Source: Rhizobiaceae bacterium
GTDB taxonomy: Bacteria; Pseudomonadota; Alphaproteobacteria; Rhizobiales; Rhizobiaceae
Length of the DNA stretch: 64,000 nucleotides
Assembly: GCA_016763155.1 (NCBI GenBank)
Contig: JAESUH010000070.1
Location: forward strand, 2,507 to 66,506
Direction: 5' to 3'
Shown one piece after another: positions 49,851-59,258 of this stretch; positions within the stretch are counted from its first letter, which is position 1, and every line of letters begins with the position of its first letter. Below the pieces are notes generated by a model that saw only the letters and a list, made by a program, of their open reading frames with translations, did not search any database and was not told the DNA's origin. Both the position numbers and the translations under genes were made by a program.

Positions 49851-51098
49851 ATGTGGCCAATAGCTTGGGACTGGATGAGTCTTGCAATTCGCTGGGTGCA
49901 TATTATCACCGGCATTGCGTGGATCGGATCGTCGTTTTATTTCATCGCGCTTGATCTTAGCCTGAAAAAACACAAAGGCCTGCCCGAAGGGGTTGGCGGT
50001 GATACCTGGCAGGTGCATGGGGGTGGTTTTTACCACATGCAAAAATATACAGTAGCGCCTGCCTCCATGCCGGAAGAGCTGACATGGTTCAAATGGGAAT
50101 CCTATGCCACATGGATTTCCGGCTTCTTTATGATTTGCGTTCTCTATTACGGTTCATCAGAGCTGTTTTTGATTGATCGCAATGTTGCGGATTTAAGCCA
50201 GTGGCAGGCCATCGGGCTTGGCTTTGGCGGCATGTTGCTTGGCTGGGTGCTTTATGATCAGCTTTGCAAATCTCCCATCGGCAAGAACGACAATCTGCTT
50301 TCCATATTGGTGTTTATCTTTACGGTGGCAATTGGCTGGGGCTTTTTGCAGGTGTTTTCCGGGCGTGGGGCATTTGTCCACACTGGCGCGCTGATTGCGA
50401 CCATCATGTCAGCCAATGTGATCATGATTATCATTCCTAACCAGAAGAAAACCGTTGCGTCCCTGCTGGCAGGAGAAGCGCCTGATCCGTCTCTTGGCCT
50501 GCAGGCCAAGCAGCGTTCAATGCATAATAATTATCTCACCTTGCCGGTGTTGTTCCTGATGCTATCGAACCATTATCCGCTGGCTTATGCCACCAAATAT
50601 GCGTGGATCATCATCGCGCTGGTGCTGGTGATTGGCGTGGTAATTCGCCACTTTTTCAACATGCATCATGCCAAAAAGGGTGAGCCTTTCTGGACATGGC
50701 TGGTGGCGACGATTTGCTTCATTCTCATCATGTGGCTGTCACAGGCGGGACCTGTAAACCATGAGGAAGCCGCAAGCTCTACCCACGCGCCAACGGCAAT
50801 TGAAGAGAAATTGGCAAGTGCCGAAAATTTCGAAATGGTGCGCGACATAGTGCTTGGCCGCTGTTCCATGTGCCACGCACAAGAACCCGGCTGGGAAGGC
50901 ATCCCTTTCCCACCCAAAAGCGTGGTGCTGGAAGAAGACAAAGACATCATCCGCCACGCAGAACTAATCTACAAACAAGCCGCAATCACCAACGCCATGC
51001 CGCCGGGGAATTTAAGTTTTATTACGATGGAAGAGCGTGCTGTTCTGGCAAAATGGTATGAGGAGGCGATAGGGTCTCCACGGCATTTTTTGTGGTGA
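49851..51098 (+). CDS. puuD: Membrane-bound urate hydroxylase PuuD (C-terminal cytochrome c domain)
   Basis: Polytopic N-terminal domain (IRWVHIITGIAWIGSSFYF) plus a C-terminal CSMCH haem motif. Lies in the ureide cluster. Confidence 0.85.
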   Translation: MWPIAWDWMSLAIRWVHIITGIAWIGSSFYFIALDLSLKKHKGLPEGVGGDTWQVHGGGFYHMQKYTVAPASMPEELTWFKWESYATWISGFFMICVLYYGSSELFLIDRNVADLSQWQAIGLGFGGMLLGWVLYDQLCKSPIGKNDNLLSILVFIFTVAIGWGFLQVFSGRGAFVHTGALIATIMSANVIMIIIPNQKKTVASLLAGEAPDPSLGLQAKQRSMHNNYLTLPVLFLMLSNHYPLAYATKYAWIIIALVLVIGVVIRHFFNMHHAKKGEPFWTWLVATICFILIMWLSQAGPVNHEEAASSTHAPTAIEEKLASAENFEMVRDIVLGRCSMCHAQEPGWEGIPFPPKSVVLEEDKDIIRHAELIYKQAAITNAMPPGNLSFITMEERAVLAKWYEEAIGSPRHFLW

Positions 51099-51128
51099 GG
51101 CTGCACCTAACGGATGATACATTATTAC

Positions 51129-51914
51129 CTATTGAATATTAGGCACAGGAATCCAGCTGTGCTCAGATTTTTGGTGAAGGATGCCTCTGAAGTCGATTGT
51201 TGTTGTTCCTGTTTGCTTTAGCTCTATCCGCAAAGGGTAATTTGGGCTTAGTGCTTGGCTTAATGGCTTCATATTAATCCCATTATGTTTGCTTCCATCA
51301 GTCAATACGTAGCCTGGGTCGAAACCACCAATAAATGGGCTGCCTCCCATCTTCCAGGTCAGTTCTCCTTCAGAATTTCCAATGAGCACCAAAAAGTGTG
51401 GATTCGGCTCCAGTAGATGGGATGCGTTAACAACTATTTTTTTGGTTCCGTTTTCTTCTGTTAACACTGAGTAGGAAAGATTTGAAAAACCCTGATGTTG
51501 TGGTGTGAACGATGCATTGCCTTGTGTTACGCTTACGATCTGAGCAATTGCAGGATCTAATCCAATTGTATGCATGTCGATATAAAGGGTTTGCATGAGA
51601 ACTGGCGGCATTGCTGTTCCGTCCACACGTACAGGTATTATTCTTGTATGGCCTTTTGACGCCGAGTAGAGAGCGTTTTGCCATTCGAGTCTCACCATGC
51701 CACTGTCTAAACTATTCGCCGATACGAAGAAGAAAACAAATTCTGGAGCCTCCAACCCTTTGTTCATTTGGTCAATGATTCCATCACCTGGTTTGATTGA
51801 CCATGAGTCATAAAAAACTTGATCTTCACCAAATATCCCTGTCAATTTGACCGCAACAGCTTCCACTATTGGTTTGTCGCTAAAGTTATGACTTAGAAAT
51901 ATTTTATGAGACAT
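51129..51914 (-). CDS. TIR-domain protein with a C-terminal domain of unknown function
   Basis: The N-terminal ~125 aa fit the bacterial TIR pattern (KIFLSHNFSD..., FVFFFVSANSLDSGMVRLEWQNAL with a candidate catalytic Glu). The gene and its upstream spacer look more AT-rich than the neighbours. Confidence 0.8.
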   Translation of the reverse strand: MSHKIFLSHNFSDKPIVEAVAVKLTGIFGEDQVFYDSWSIKPGDGIIDQMNKGLEAPEFVFFFVSANSLDSGMVRLEWQNALYSASKGHTRIIPVRVDGTAMPPVLMQTLYIDMHTIGLDPAIAQIVSVTQGNASFTPQHQGFSNLSYSVLTEENGTKKIVVNASHLLEPNPHFLVLIGNSEGELTWKMGGSPFIGGFDPGYVLTDGSKHNGINMKPLSQALSPNYPLRIELKQTGTTTIDFRGILHQKSEHSWIPVPNIQ

Positions 51915-52210
51915 TTTTTCAATCCGCTAAATTTAGACTTATTGAGGTATAAATTTCATTGCTAACAAATTTCACGTAATGATTTATTCAAACAGATTCT
52001 AATAATATTTGTAAATTCTTTTATTTGATTAACTGTTTGAAATAAATTGATCATTTTTGCTGCTTAGCTCTGATCTATGCAGTTCTACTGCGTGAACATG
52101 TATGGGCTGGGTGTCAACCGCTAACAACCTTTTCAACATCATCTAAATCTGACATGATGATCCTAACAAATTTGTACAAAATATTTGCCTTACCTCAGGG
52201 AGAAACAATC

Positions 52211-53008
52211 ATGAAATTTATACCTACAATCATTCTCGCGGCTGCCGCGACATTTGCTTTTGCTGCTCATTCTTTGGCGGCTGATTTGCCTGATTTGGGG
52301 GGGAAGACGATTGTTGTGGTGACTGAGAATGCTTATCCACCGTTGCAGTTTGTTGACCCGAAAACCAGCAAGGCGATTGGTTGGGAATATGATGCTGTGA
52401 ACGACATGGCCAAGCGACTTAATTTCAAGGTTGAATATCAAAACACCTCTTGGGATGCGATGATTCAGGCTGTTTCTGACGATCAGTATAATATGGGCAT
52501 GACCGGCATTACCATCAAAGATGAGCGCAAGGAGAAGGTTGATTTTTCTGATGCCTATATGCGTTCAGAAATGTTCATGCTGGTGCGTGGCGATGAGAGC
52601 CGTTTCACCGATGGCAAAAGCTTTGGTGCTTTCAAAGAGGGCCTTGTGGGCGCGCAGGCAGGTACATCACCGTTTTATACAGCCGTCTACAGCATGCTCG
52701 ATGGCGATGAAGCCAACCCGCGGGTCAAATTATTTGATACATTCGGTTCAAGCGTACAGGCTTTGAAAACCGGCGATGTGGACGTTGTGTTGACCGATGG
52801 TGTTGCTGCAAATGGCTATGTGGATGCATCCAATGGCGGCCTGAAAGTTATCGGCGACGCCATGGGTACTGAAGATTTTGGTTTCATCTTTCCTAAGGGC
52901 TCAGACCTTGTTGGGCCGATCAATGCAGCGATTGCTGAAATGAAAAAAGATGGCACCATTGCCGCCCTCAATAAGAAATGGTTTCTGGACTACAAATTTG
53001 GCCAATAA
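52211..53008 (+). CDS. Polar amino acid ABC transporter substrate-binding protein (family 3)
   Basis: Signal peptide [23 protein letters not shown]; GGGAGA RBS; family-3 pattern ([12 protein letters not shown]). Confidence 0.85.
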   Translation: MKFIPTIILAAAATFAFAAHSLAADLPDLGGKTIVVVTENAYPPLQFVDPKTSKAIGWEYDAVNDMAKRLNFKVEYQNTSWDAMIQAVSDDQYNMGMTGITIKDERKEKVDFSDAYMRSEMFMLVRGDESRFTDGKSFGAFKEGLVGAQAGTSPFYTAVYSMLDGDEANPRVKLFDTFGSSVQALKTGDVDVVLTDGVAANGYVDASNGGLKVIGDAMGTEDFGFIFPKGSDLVGPINAAIAEMKKDGTIAALNKKWFLDYKFGQ

Positions 53009-53058
53009 GACGGCCATTTGAAGTGATTATGCATTTTCAAATTTGCGGGTAGGGGGCG

Positions 53059-53877
53059 ATGAAATCTTCCCCTTCCGACAGCGCCACCAAGGCAGATTTT
53101 CCCTGGTGGCTGATGATAGTCATTGTTATCGGCGTTGCTCTGGCAATATTTATTGCGGTCAGCGACCTTTACGCGCAGGTTTTTCGGGCGGTTTCCAAAG
53201 GGGTGTATATCACCATCTTTGTGACCCTGCTCGGCTTTACGCTGGCCTCTGTGATTGGCTTGTTACTGGCTGTAATGGGGCTTTCCAAATCGCTGATCCT
53301 TAGACAGATTTCGCGCTTCTATGTGGAAGTCATTCGCGGTATTCCTGTTCTTGTTCTGCTGTTTTATATAGCCTTTGTCGGTGCGCCGGGTTTCGTTGCG
53401 CTGTGGAATTTAGTGACTTCGCCGCTGGTTGATGCAGGGCTTGTCGACAAGATGACCGTGCGAGATTTCCCGCTGCTGTGGCGCGCTATTATTGCGCTTA
53501 CAATTGGGTATTCTGCCTTTATTGCAGAGGTGTTTCGTGCCGGAATTCAATCGGTGGATGCGGGGCAGATTGAGGCCGCAAAGGCGCTGGGGCTTTCCAG
53601 CTTTAAGCGCTTTCGCTTTATTGTTATGCCTCAGGCCATCCGCACCATTGCGCCACCGCTGGGCAATGATTTTATCGCTATGGTGAAAGATTCCTCGCTG
53701 GTTTCCATCCTTGGCGTTGCCGATGTTACCCAGATGGGCAAGATATACGCCTCGGGCTCGTTCCGGTTTTTCGAAACCTATTCTATTGTGGCTTACATTT
53801 ATTTGCTTATGACCATCAGCCTGTCTTTGATGCTGAGAGCGCTGGAGCGCCGTATGCGTAAAAAATGGCAGGAGTGA
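53059..53877 (+). CDS. Polar amino acid ABC transporter permease (His/Glu/Gln/Arg/opine family)
   Basis: EAA loop (EAAKALGLSSFKRFRFIVMPQA); about 5-6 TM segments. Confidence 0.88.
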   Translation: MKSSPSDSATKADFPWWLMIVIVIGVALAIFIAVSDLYAQVFRAVSKGVYITIFVTLLGFTLASVIGLLLAVMGLSKSLILRQISRFYVEVIRGIPVLVLLFYIAFVGAPGFVALWNLVTSPLVDAGLVDKMTVRDFPLLWRAIIALTIGYSAFIAEVFRAGIQSVDAGQIEAAKALGLSSFKRFRFIVMPQAIRTIAPPLGNDFIAMVKDSSLVSILGVADVTQMGKIYASGSFRFFETYSIVAYIYLLMTISLSLMLRALERRMRKKWQE

Positions 53878-53895
53878 TTTGTTAGGGCCCGGAAC

Positions 53896-54372
53896 CTAGC
53901 TGCGTTGTTTTCCAACACGGCCAGCAGTTTTTGGCCAAGGCAGCTTCAATTGGGCCTCGGCAATTGGTTTCAATAATTTGATAATATGGGCGCTGGCGGG
54001 TACGGCTTTGTTTTCTTTCATGTCCACATGCAGCAAAATCTGCTCGCCACTGGCCAGTTCCATGCCTGTTTTGCCATGCAGGATGCGTTGGAAAATGTGG
54101 AGCTTCTTTTCGCTCCAGTCCAGCAGTTGAAATTCTACGGCTACGGGCTCACCTTCGCGAATTTCAGTCTTGTTGAGGATGTGGGTTTCCACGGAATAGT
54201 AGGAAAAACCGGTGGCTACATAGTCCATATCCATGCCAATTCTGCGCAGGAATTCATCCGATCCTTCGCTGATCAAATGCAGATAGCGGGCTTCTGTCAT
54301 GTGGCCGTTATAGTCTATCCAGTCTTCATGGATTCGGGTCTCGAAAATTTTAATAGGTTTTGTCGCATCCAT
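53896..54372 (-). CDS. Hotdog-fold acyl-CoA thioesterase (4HBT/YbgC-like)
   Basis: Pattern F.....V...D.D.NGHM. Preferred start ATG 54372 avoids overlap with the divergent CoA-transferase gene. Confidence 0.75.
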   Translation of the reverse strand: MDATKPIKIFETRIHEDWIDYNGHMTEARYLHLISEGSDEFLRRIGMDMDYVATGFSYYSVETHILNKTEIREGEPVAVEFQLLDWSEKKLHIFQRILHGKTGMELASGEQILLHVDMKENKAVPASAHIIKLLKPIAEAQLKLPWPKTAGRVGKQRS

Positions 54373-54459
54373 GGGTTTTGCCTGTCGAATTTCGTGTATG
54401 GTCGAGCATAATTGATTGTTTGAAACTGTCCAGCGGACAGACATATCGGAGGCTGAAAA

Positions 54460-55665
54460 TTGCAGCAACAAGGCGTTTTAAGTGGGTATAAAATTATTGA
54501 TCTAACCAGTGTTGTGCTGGGGCCGTTTTGCACCCAGATGATGGGTGATTTAGGCGCGGAGGTGATCAAGGTTGAAACCTTGGCTGGTGACACGATGCGC
54601 CATGCGGGGCCGCATGTAACCCCAGGAATGGGGCCGATCTATCTTACAATCAACCGCAATAAACGCTCATTGACGCTGGATTTACGCAAGGAAGAAGCCA
54701 AGGAAGTTTTGAGAAAACTCATCAAGGAAGCGGATGGGTTTATCCATAATATTCGCGCCGGTGGTATGCGGCGATTGGGTTTTGATTATGAAAGCGTGAA
54801 AGCAATCAATCCCAAGATATTATATCTGCACGCGGTGGGCTATGGGTCAGAAGGGCCTTATGCGGAGCGTCAGGCCTATGACGATCTGGTGCAATGCGCC
54901 AGCGGAATGGCATCCATGTTGCCTTTGCAGGATGGTAGCGAGGCACCGCGATATTTTCCGGGGTTGGTGGCCGATAAAACCACAGGGCTTTATGCAGCTT
55001 ACGCGATGATGGCAGGGTTTTTGCACCGGGAACGCACGGGCAGGGGGCAGTTTATCGAAGTGCCGATGCTTGAATGCATGGTGAATTTCACCATGGCGGA
55101 AAACCTTTATGGACGAACATTTGTGCCACCAAAGGGAGGCACCACCTACACCCGCTCCATCAATCCGCAACGCAAACCCTATAAAACAAAAGACGGCTAT
55201 CTCGGTATCATGCCTTATACGGATGCCAATTGGGCTGATTTTTTCACGCTTGGGGGAATGCCTGATTTGATGAAAGATCCTAAATTCAACACTTATGCCA
55301 ATCGTACTGAAAATATCACGGAGCTATACAATACGATTGAGGAAATAGCCCTGCAAAAGACCAGTCAGGAATGGATGAGCGTATTGGGCAAAGCCAATGT
55401 GCCTTGCATGAAAGTTCAGTCGCTCGATGAGGTTTTGGAAGATCCACAATTGGTGGAAACCGGTTTTTTTGAACAGCGGGAACATCCCACTGAAGGGACT
55501 TATGTGGCGGTCAATAATCCGGTGGCGTTTTCAGATTCTCCCACCCATATCTACCGGGATCCCCCGGTGATTGGGCAGGATAATCTGGAAATTCTCGCCG
55601 AGCTTGGCTATAGCGAGAAAGATATCGAAAGCATTCAAAATGCCGGCGCTCTGGGCAAGGAGTAG
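54460..55665 (+). CDS. Family III CoA-transferase (CaiB/BaiF)
   Basis: L.G.KIIDLT.V.LGP N-terminus; 401 aa. TTG start preceded by GGAGG. Confidence 0.88.
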   Translation: MQQQGVLSGYKIIDLTSVVLGPFCTQMMGDLGAEVIKVETLAGDTMRHAGPHVTPGMGPIYLTINRNKRSLTLDLRKEEAKEVLRKLIKEADGFIHNIRAGGMRRLGFDYESVKAINPKILYLHAVGYGSEGPYAERQAYDDLVQCASGMASMLPLQDGSEAPRYFPGLVADKTTGLYAAYAMMAGFLHRERTGRGQFIEVPMLECMVNFTMAENLYGRTFVPPKGGTTYTRSINPQRKPYKTKDGYLGIMPYTDANWADFFTLGGMPDLMKDPKFNTYANRTENITELYNTIEEIALQKTSQEWMSVLGKANVPCMKVQSLDEVLEDPQLVETGFFEQREHPTEGTYVAVNNPVAFSDSPTHIYRDPPVIGQDNLEILAELGYSEKDIESIQNAGALGKE

Positions 55666-55683
55666 CCCCTCTCGCGAGGGGCT
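55664..55683. terminator. 8-bp GC-rich hairpin between the convergent CoA-transferase and thiolase genes (no T-tract)
   Basis: AGCCCCTC tcgc GAGGGGCT, overlapping the TAG stop of the CoA-transferase gene. Confidence 0.4.
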
Positions 55684-55690
55684 AAACAAG

Positions 55691-56893
55691 CTAGGCTACT
55701 TCAAATAGCCCGGCTCCGCCCATTCCGCCGCCAATGCACATGGTGACAACCACATATTTTACACCGCGGCGTTTGCCTTCGATGAGTGCGTGGCCGGTCA
55801 TACGTGCGCCGGACATGCCGTATGGGTGGCCGATGGAGATGGCGCCACCATTTACATTGTATTTTTCCGGGTCAATGCCGAGGCGATCGCGGCAATAGAT
55901 TGCCTGAGATGCGAAGGCTTCGTTTAATTCCCAAAGACCGATATCATCGACGCTAAGGCCGTGGGCCTTGAGCAGTTTTGGAACGGCAAAGACCGGGCCA
56001 ATGCCCATCTCTTCTGGGTCGCAACCGGCGACCATCATGCCGCGATAGATGCCGAGGGGTTCAAGGTTGCGTTTTTCAGCTTCCTTTGCTTCCATCAATA
56101 CAGAAGCGGAGGCACCATCTGAAAGCTGCGATGCATTTCCTGCTGTGATGAATTTTCCCTCGGGAATTTTCTGACCGCCCTGGAATACGAGTTTCAGCTG
56201 GCTAAGGCTTTCAACCGTTGTTGATGGGCGATTGCCCTCGTCTTTTTCCAGTGTGACTTCTACGTCAGAGACTTCCTTGGTTTCCCTGTCCATGACTTTC
56301 ATGGATGTTTTCAGGGGAACAATCTCCGCATCCAGTCTGCCAGCTGCCTGGGCTGCTGCTGTGCGTAACTGGGACTGGTAGGCATATTCGTCCTGAGCCT
56401 CGCGGGAGATGCCATAGCGTTCTGCCACGATCTCTGCTGTTTCAAGCATCGACATATAGGTCGCGGGGATGTTTTCCTTTAACCATGGGTCGGCAGCACG
56501 AAAAAGGTTCATTTTATCGTTCTGGCAGAGCGAGATGGATTCAAGGCCACCACCAACAGTGATGGTCATGCCATCGCTGATGATTTGCTTTGCAGCTGTT
56601 GCAATCGCCATCAGGCCGGAGGCGCATTGGCGATCTACGGTCATGCCGGAAACACTGGTTGGCAATCCTGCCCGAAGGGCGCATTGGCGTGCGGTGTTCA
56701 TATTGGTGGAGCCCTGTTGAATGGCGGCTCCCATGATTACATCATCTATTTCGCCGCCATCTACGCCTGAGCGTTTGACCGCGTTAGCGATGGCGTGGCC
56801 ACCGATTTCTTGGGCTGAGGTGTCGTTGAAAGCACCACGATAGGCTTTGCCAATCGGTGTGCGTGCGGTGGAGACTATAACTGCTTCGCGCAT
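55691..56893 (-). CDS. Acetyl-CoA C-acyltransferase (thiolase)
   Basis: [20 protein letters not shown], active-site Cys block (DRQCASG), C-terminal [10 protein letters not shown] and CIGGGMG. Confidence 0.92.
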   Translation of the reverse strand: MREAVIVSTARTPIGKAYRGAFNDTSAQEIGGHAIANAVKRSGVDGGEIDDVIMGAAIQQGSTNMNTARQCALRAGLPTSVSGMTVDRQCASGLMAIATAAKQIISDGMTITVGGGLESISLCQNDKMNLFRAADPWLKENIPATYMSMLETAEIVAERYGISREAQDEYAYQSQLRTAAAQAAGRLDAEIVPLKTSMKVMDRETKEVSDVEVTLEKDEGNRPSTTVESLSQLKLVFQGGQKIPEGKFITAGNASQLSDGASASVLMEAKEAEKRNLEPLGIYRGMMVAGCDPEEMGIGPVFAVPKLLKAHGLSVDDIGLWELNEAFASQAIYCRDRLGIDPEKYNVNGGAISIGHPYGMSGARMTGHALIEGKRRGVKYVVVTMCIGGGMGGAGLFEVA

Positions 56894-56902
56894 GATTTTC
56901 CC

Positions 56903-57805
56903 TTAGGATTTTGTTGCGTTTTGGACGATTTTGATGACGTGTTCGGTACCGGTGTAGAAAACATCGGCATTTGACATATCGCTGATGGCAGAGAAGCTTT
57001 CTGCAATGCCATCGGCGTTGCGTTGGTCTTCGGCCAGGTGTTTGCCTTTGCTTTCGCGAATTTCCATGGTGGCGTAAGTGCCAGCGCCAGCAAACATTAC
57101 CGTATGATTTGGTGCGTCGCGGCTGACCAAAAAGACAGCGGCAGGGGTGACGTATTTTGGTTTTAGGGCTTCCAGCATATCCGGTGTCATGATGTCTTCG
57201 GTCATTCTGGTGGCAGCTGTTGGGGCGAGGCAACTGATTTGAATGTTGTTTTTAGCCCCTTCAATGCAAAGGGTGTTCATCAAGCCGACTACGCCCATTT
57301 TCGCAGCACCATAATTTGCCTGACCAAAATTGCCGTACACTCCAGAAGTGGAGGTGGTCATCAATATGCGACCATAATTTTGCTCTTTCATCTGGTTCCA
57401 GACAGCGCGGGAACAATTGGCGGAGCCATTGAGGTGAACGGCGACAACGCTGTCCCAGTCTGCTGTGGTCATTTTACCGAATGAGCGATCGCGCAAAATA
57501 CCGGCATTGTTGATGAGGATATCAACCCGTCCCCATTCGGCGACGGCCTGTGCTACCATCTTTTCACAGTCTTCGTAATTGGCAACATTTGCGCCATTGG
57601 CGATTGCTTCGCCGCCTGCGGCGCGAATTTCGGCCACAACTTCTTCTGCTGGAGATAGTGAACCGCCTGAGCCGTCTCTTGCTCCACCAAAATCGTTGAC
57701 CACGACCTTGGCTCCGCGTTTTGCCAGTTCAAGGGCGTGAGATTTTCCCAAGCCGTTTCCAGCACCAGTGACAATGGCCACCTGGCCATCAAATTCAATC
57801 GTCAT
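56903..57805 (-). CDS. SDR-family (3R)-hydroxyacyl-CoA dehydrogenase, MFE-2 dehydrogenase-domain-like
   Basis: VTGAGNGLG, VVVNDFGG, NNAGILRDRSF, YGNFGQANYGAAK: the pattern of the HSD17B4/MFE-2 N-terminal domain. Confidence 0.85.
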   Translation of the reverse strand: MTIEFDGQVAIVTGAGNGLGKSHALELAKRGAKVVVNDFGGARDGSGGSLSPAEEVVAEIRAAGGEAIANGANVANYEDCEKMVAQAVAEWGRVDILINNAGILRDRSFGKMTTADWDSVVAVHLNGSANCSRAVWNQMKEQNYGRILMTTSTSGVYGNFGQANYGAAKMGVVGLMNTLCIEGAKNNIQISCLAPTAATRMTEDIMTPDMLEALKPKYVTPAAVFLVSRDAPNHTVMFAGAGTYATMEIRESKGKHLAEDQRNADGIAESFSAISDMSNADVFYTGTEHVIKIVQNATKS

Positions 57806-57821
57806 ATCTTAGATAACTCCG

Positions 57822-58286
57822 TTATAGTTTAGTGACGGCCATGCCGAGCCATTCGGCAATGAGGGCCGGTTTTTCTTCGCCTTCAATTTCCACGCTGACA
57901 ATGTAACGTGATAAAAATTCTCCCGGTTTGCGTTCGGTGCATTCAGCCAATTGGAAATTTCCCCGTATTCGTGAACCAGATCGCACTGGGGTTAGAAAAC
58001 GTATCTTGTCAAATCCGTAATTGATTGAGCGCACGGCTTCTGTGGCTTTTGGCATTGCATCTATGGCAAATTTTGAAAGTAAAGACAGGGTGAGAAAGCC
58101 ATGCGCAATGGTTCCTCCATAAGGGGTTTCAGCCTTTGCACGGGCTTCATCCACATGAATGAACTGATGATCATGGGTTGCGTCTGCGAATTGGTCGATC
58201 ATGGCCTGACTGACCTCGATCCAATCTGATGTGGTTTCGAAATTGCCCGCGCGGGCAATGATTTCTTTAATTGGGATGGTTTCCAA
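57822..58286 (-). CDS. MaoC-like (R)-specific enoyl-CoA hydratase
   Basis: Hotdog hydratase-2 motif (ATHDHQFIHVD...A......GTIAHGF). Confidence 0.88.
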   Translation of the reverse strand: METIPIKEIIARAGNFETTSDWIEVSQAMIDQFADATHDHQFIHVDEARAKAETPYGGTIAHGFLTLSLLSKFAIDAMPKATEAVRSINYGFDKIRFLTPVRSGSRIRGNFQLAECTERKPGEFLSRYIVSVEIEGEEKPALIAEWLGMAVTKL

Positions 58287-58297
58287 AATGGTGACCT

Positions 58298-59110
58298 TTA
58301 ATCAAACAGAGGTGGAGCGGAGAGCAAATGAGTGCCGCCGCAAAGCGGCAGGATAGCGCCCGTAACGTAGGAGCCACCTTTTCCACATAAAAAGAGAGTG
58401 GCACCGGCAATATCATCGGGAGAACCAATACGTCCAAGAGGGACACCAGCGCCAACTTTAGCGGCTTTTTCGTCGCTATCTGTGGCAAAGGCGGTCATTT
58501 TACTTTGGAACGGGCCTGGCGCAAAAGCATTGATAGTGATGCGCCGCTCCGCCAGTTCCTTGCCTAGAATTTTGGTTAGATGGTGTACAGCAGCTTTTGA
58601 CGCGGAATAGGAGTAGGCACCGTCTCCCAATGGGCAATTGCCCATGATGGAGCCAAGATTTATCACCCGTGCAGGGTCCTCATCGCTTGCGCCTTTTTCC
58701 AGCAAGGGGAGTAATTGCTGGGTGAGGTGAAACAAGCCGGTAACGTTTACATCCATAACTTTTGCCCAGGCGCCGTAGGGAAATTCGCCCAGAGGCGTTC
58801 CCCAAGTGACACCGGCATTATTGACCAGAATATTCAACGCTTCGCAGCGGGATTTAACCTCGGATACAAGGTTGTTCACACCTTCTTCAGTGCCCACATT
58901 GCCGGAAAAGCCTTCTGCTTTGCCTGCAGGCTTGGTTACGTTGATCTCATTGGCAACTTTGATGCATTCGTCGCCCTTGCGTGAGGCAATCATCACATGG
59001 GCTCCTGCTTCAACCAGAGCCGTTGCAATCATTCGGCCAATGCCGGAAGCTCCGCCAGTGACCAGTGCCGTTTTTCCCTCGAGTGAAAACAGGCGATTTA
59101 AAATATTCAT
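58298..59110 (-). CDS. SDR-family oxidoreductase
   Basis: TGGASGIG, NNAG, YSASKAA catalytic motif. Preferred start is ATG 59110. Confidence 0.85.
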   Translation of the reverse strand: MNILNRLFSLEGKTALVTGGASGIGRMIATALVEAGAHVMIASRKGDECIKVANEINVTKPAGKAEGFSGNVGTEEGVNNLVSEVKSRCEALNILVNNAGVTWGTPLGEFPYGAWAKVMDVNVTGLFHLTQQLLPLLEKGASDEDPARVINLGSIMGNCPLGDGAYSYSASKAAVHHLTKILGKELAERRITINAFAPGPFQSKMTAFATDSDEKAAKVGAGVPLGRIGSPDDIAGATLFLCGKGGSYVTGAILPLCGGTHLLSAPPLFD

Positions 59111-59258
59111 AAATTTCTCCATCCAAATGGCAGGGTGCCATCGCATTTTATTGTTTTCTTACATTATCGCTCTTGTGTGTGATGACAAGATGCATGATTG
59201 ATTGTTTGTAGCTTTTTTGTTCAAAATTAAGCACCGAATTTCAGTGAGGAGAATGAAT

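Noticed and set aside
56784-57233. 149-aa extremely Arg/His-rich ORF (MPRPNSCHQNDRRHHD...) overlapping the SDR/thiolase junction on the same strand.
   Set aside because: It is an alternative frame of two strongly supported genes. Its composition is what a frame-shifted reading of GC-rich codons produces, and there is no independent start context.
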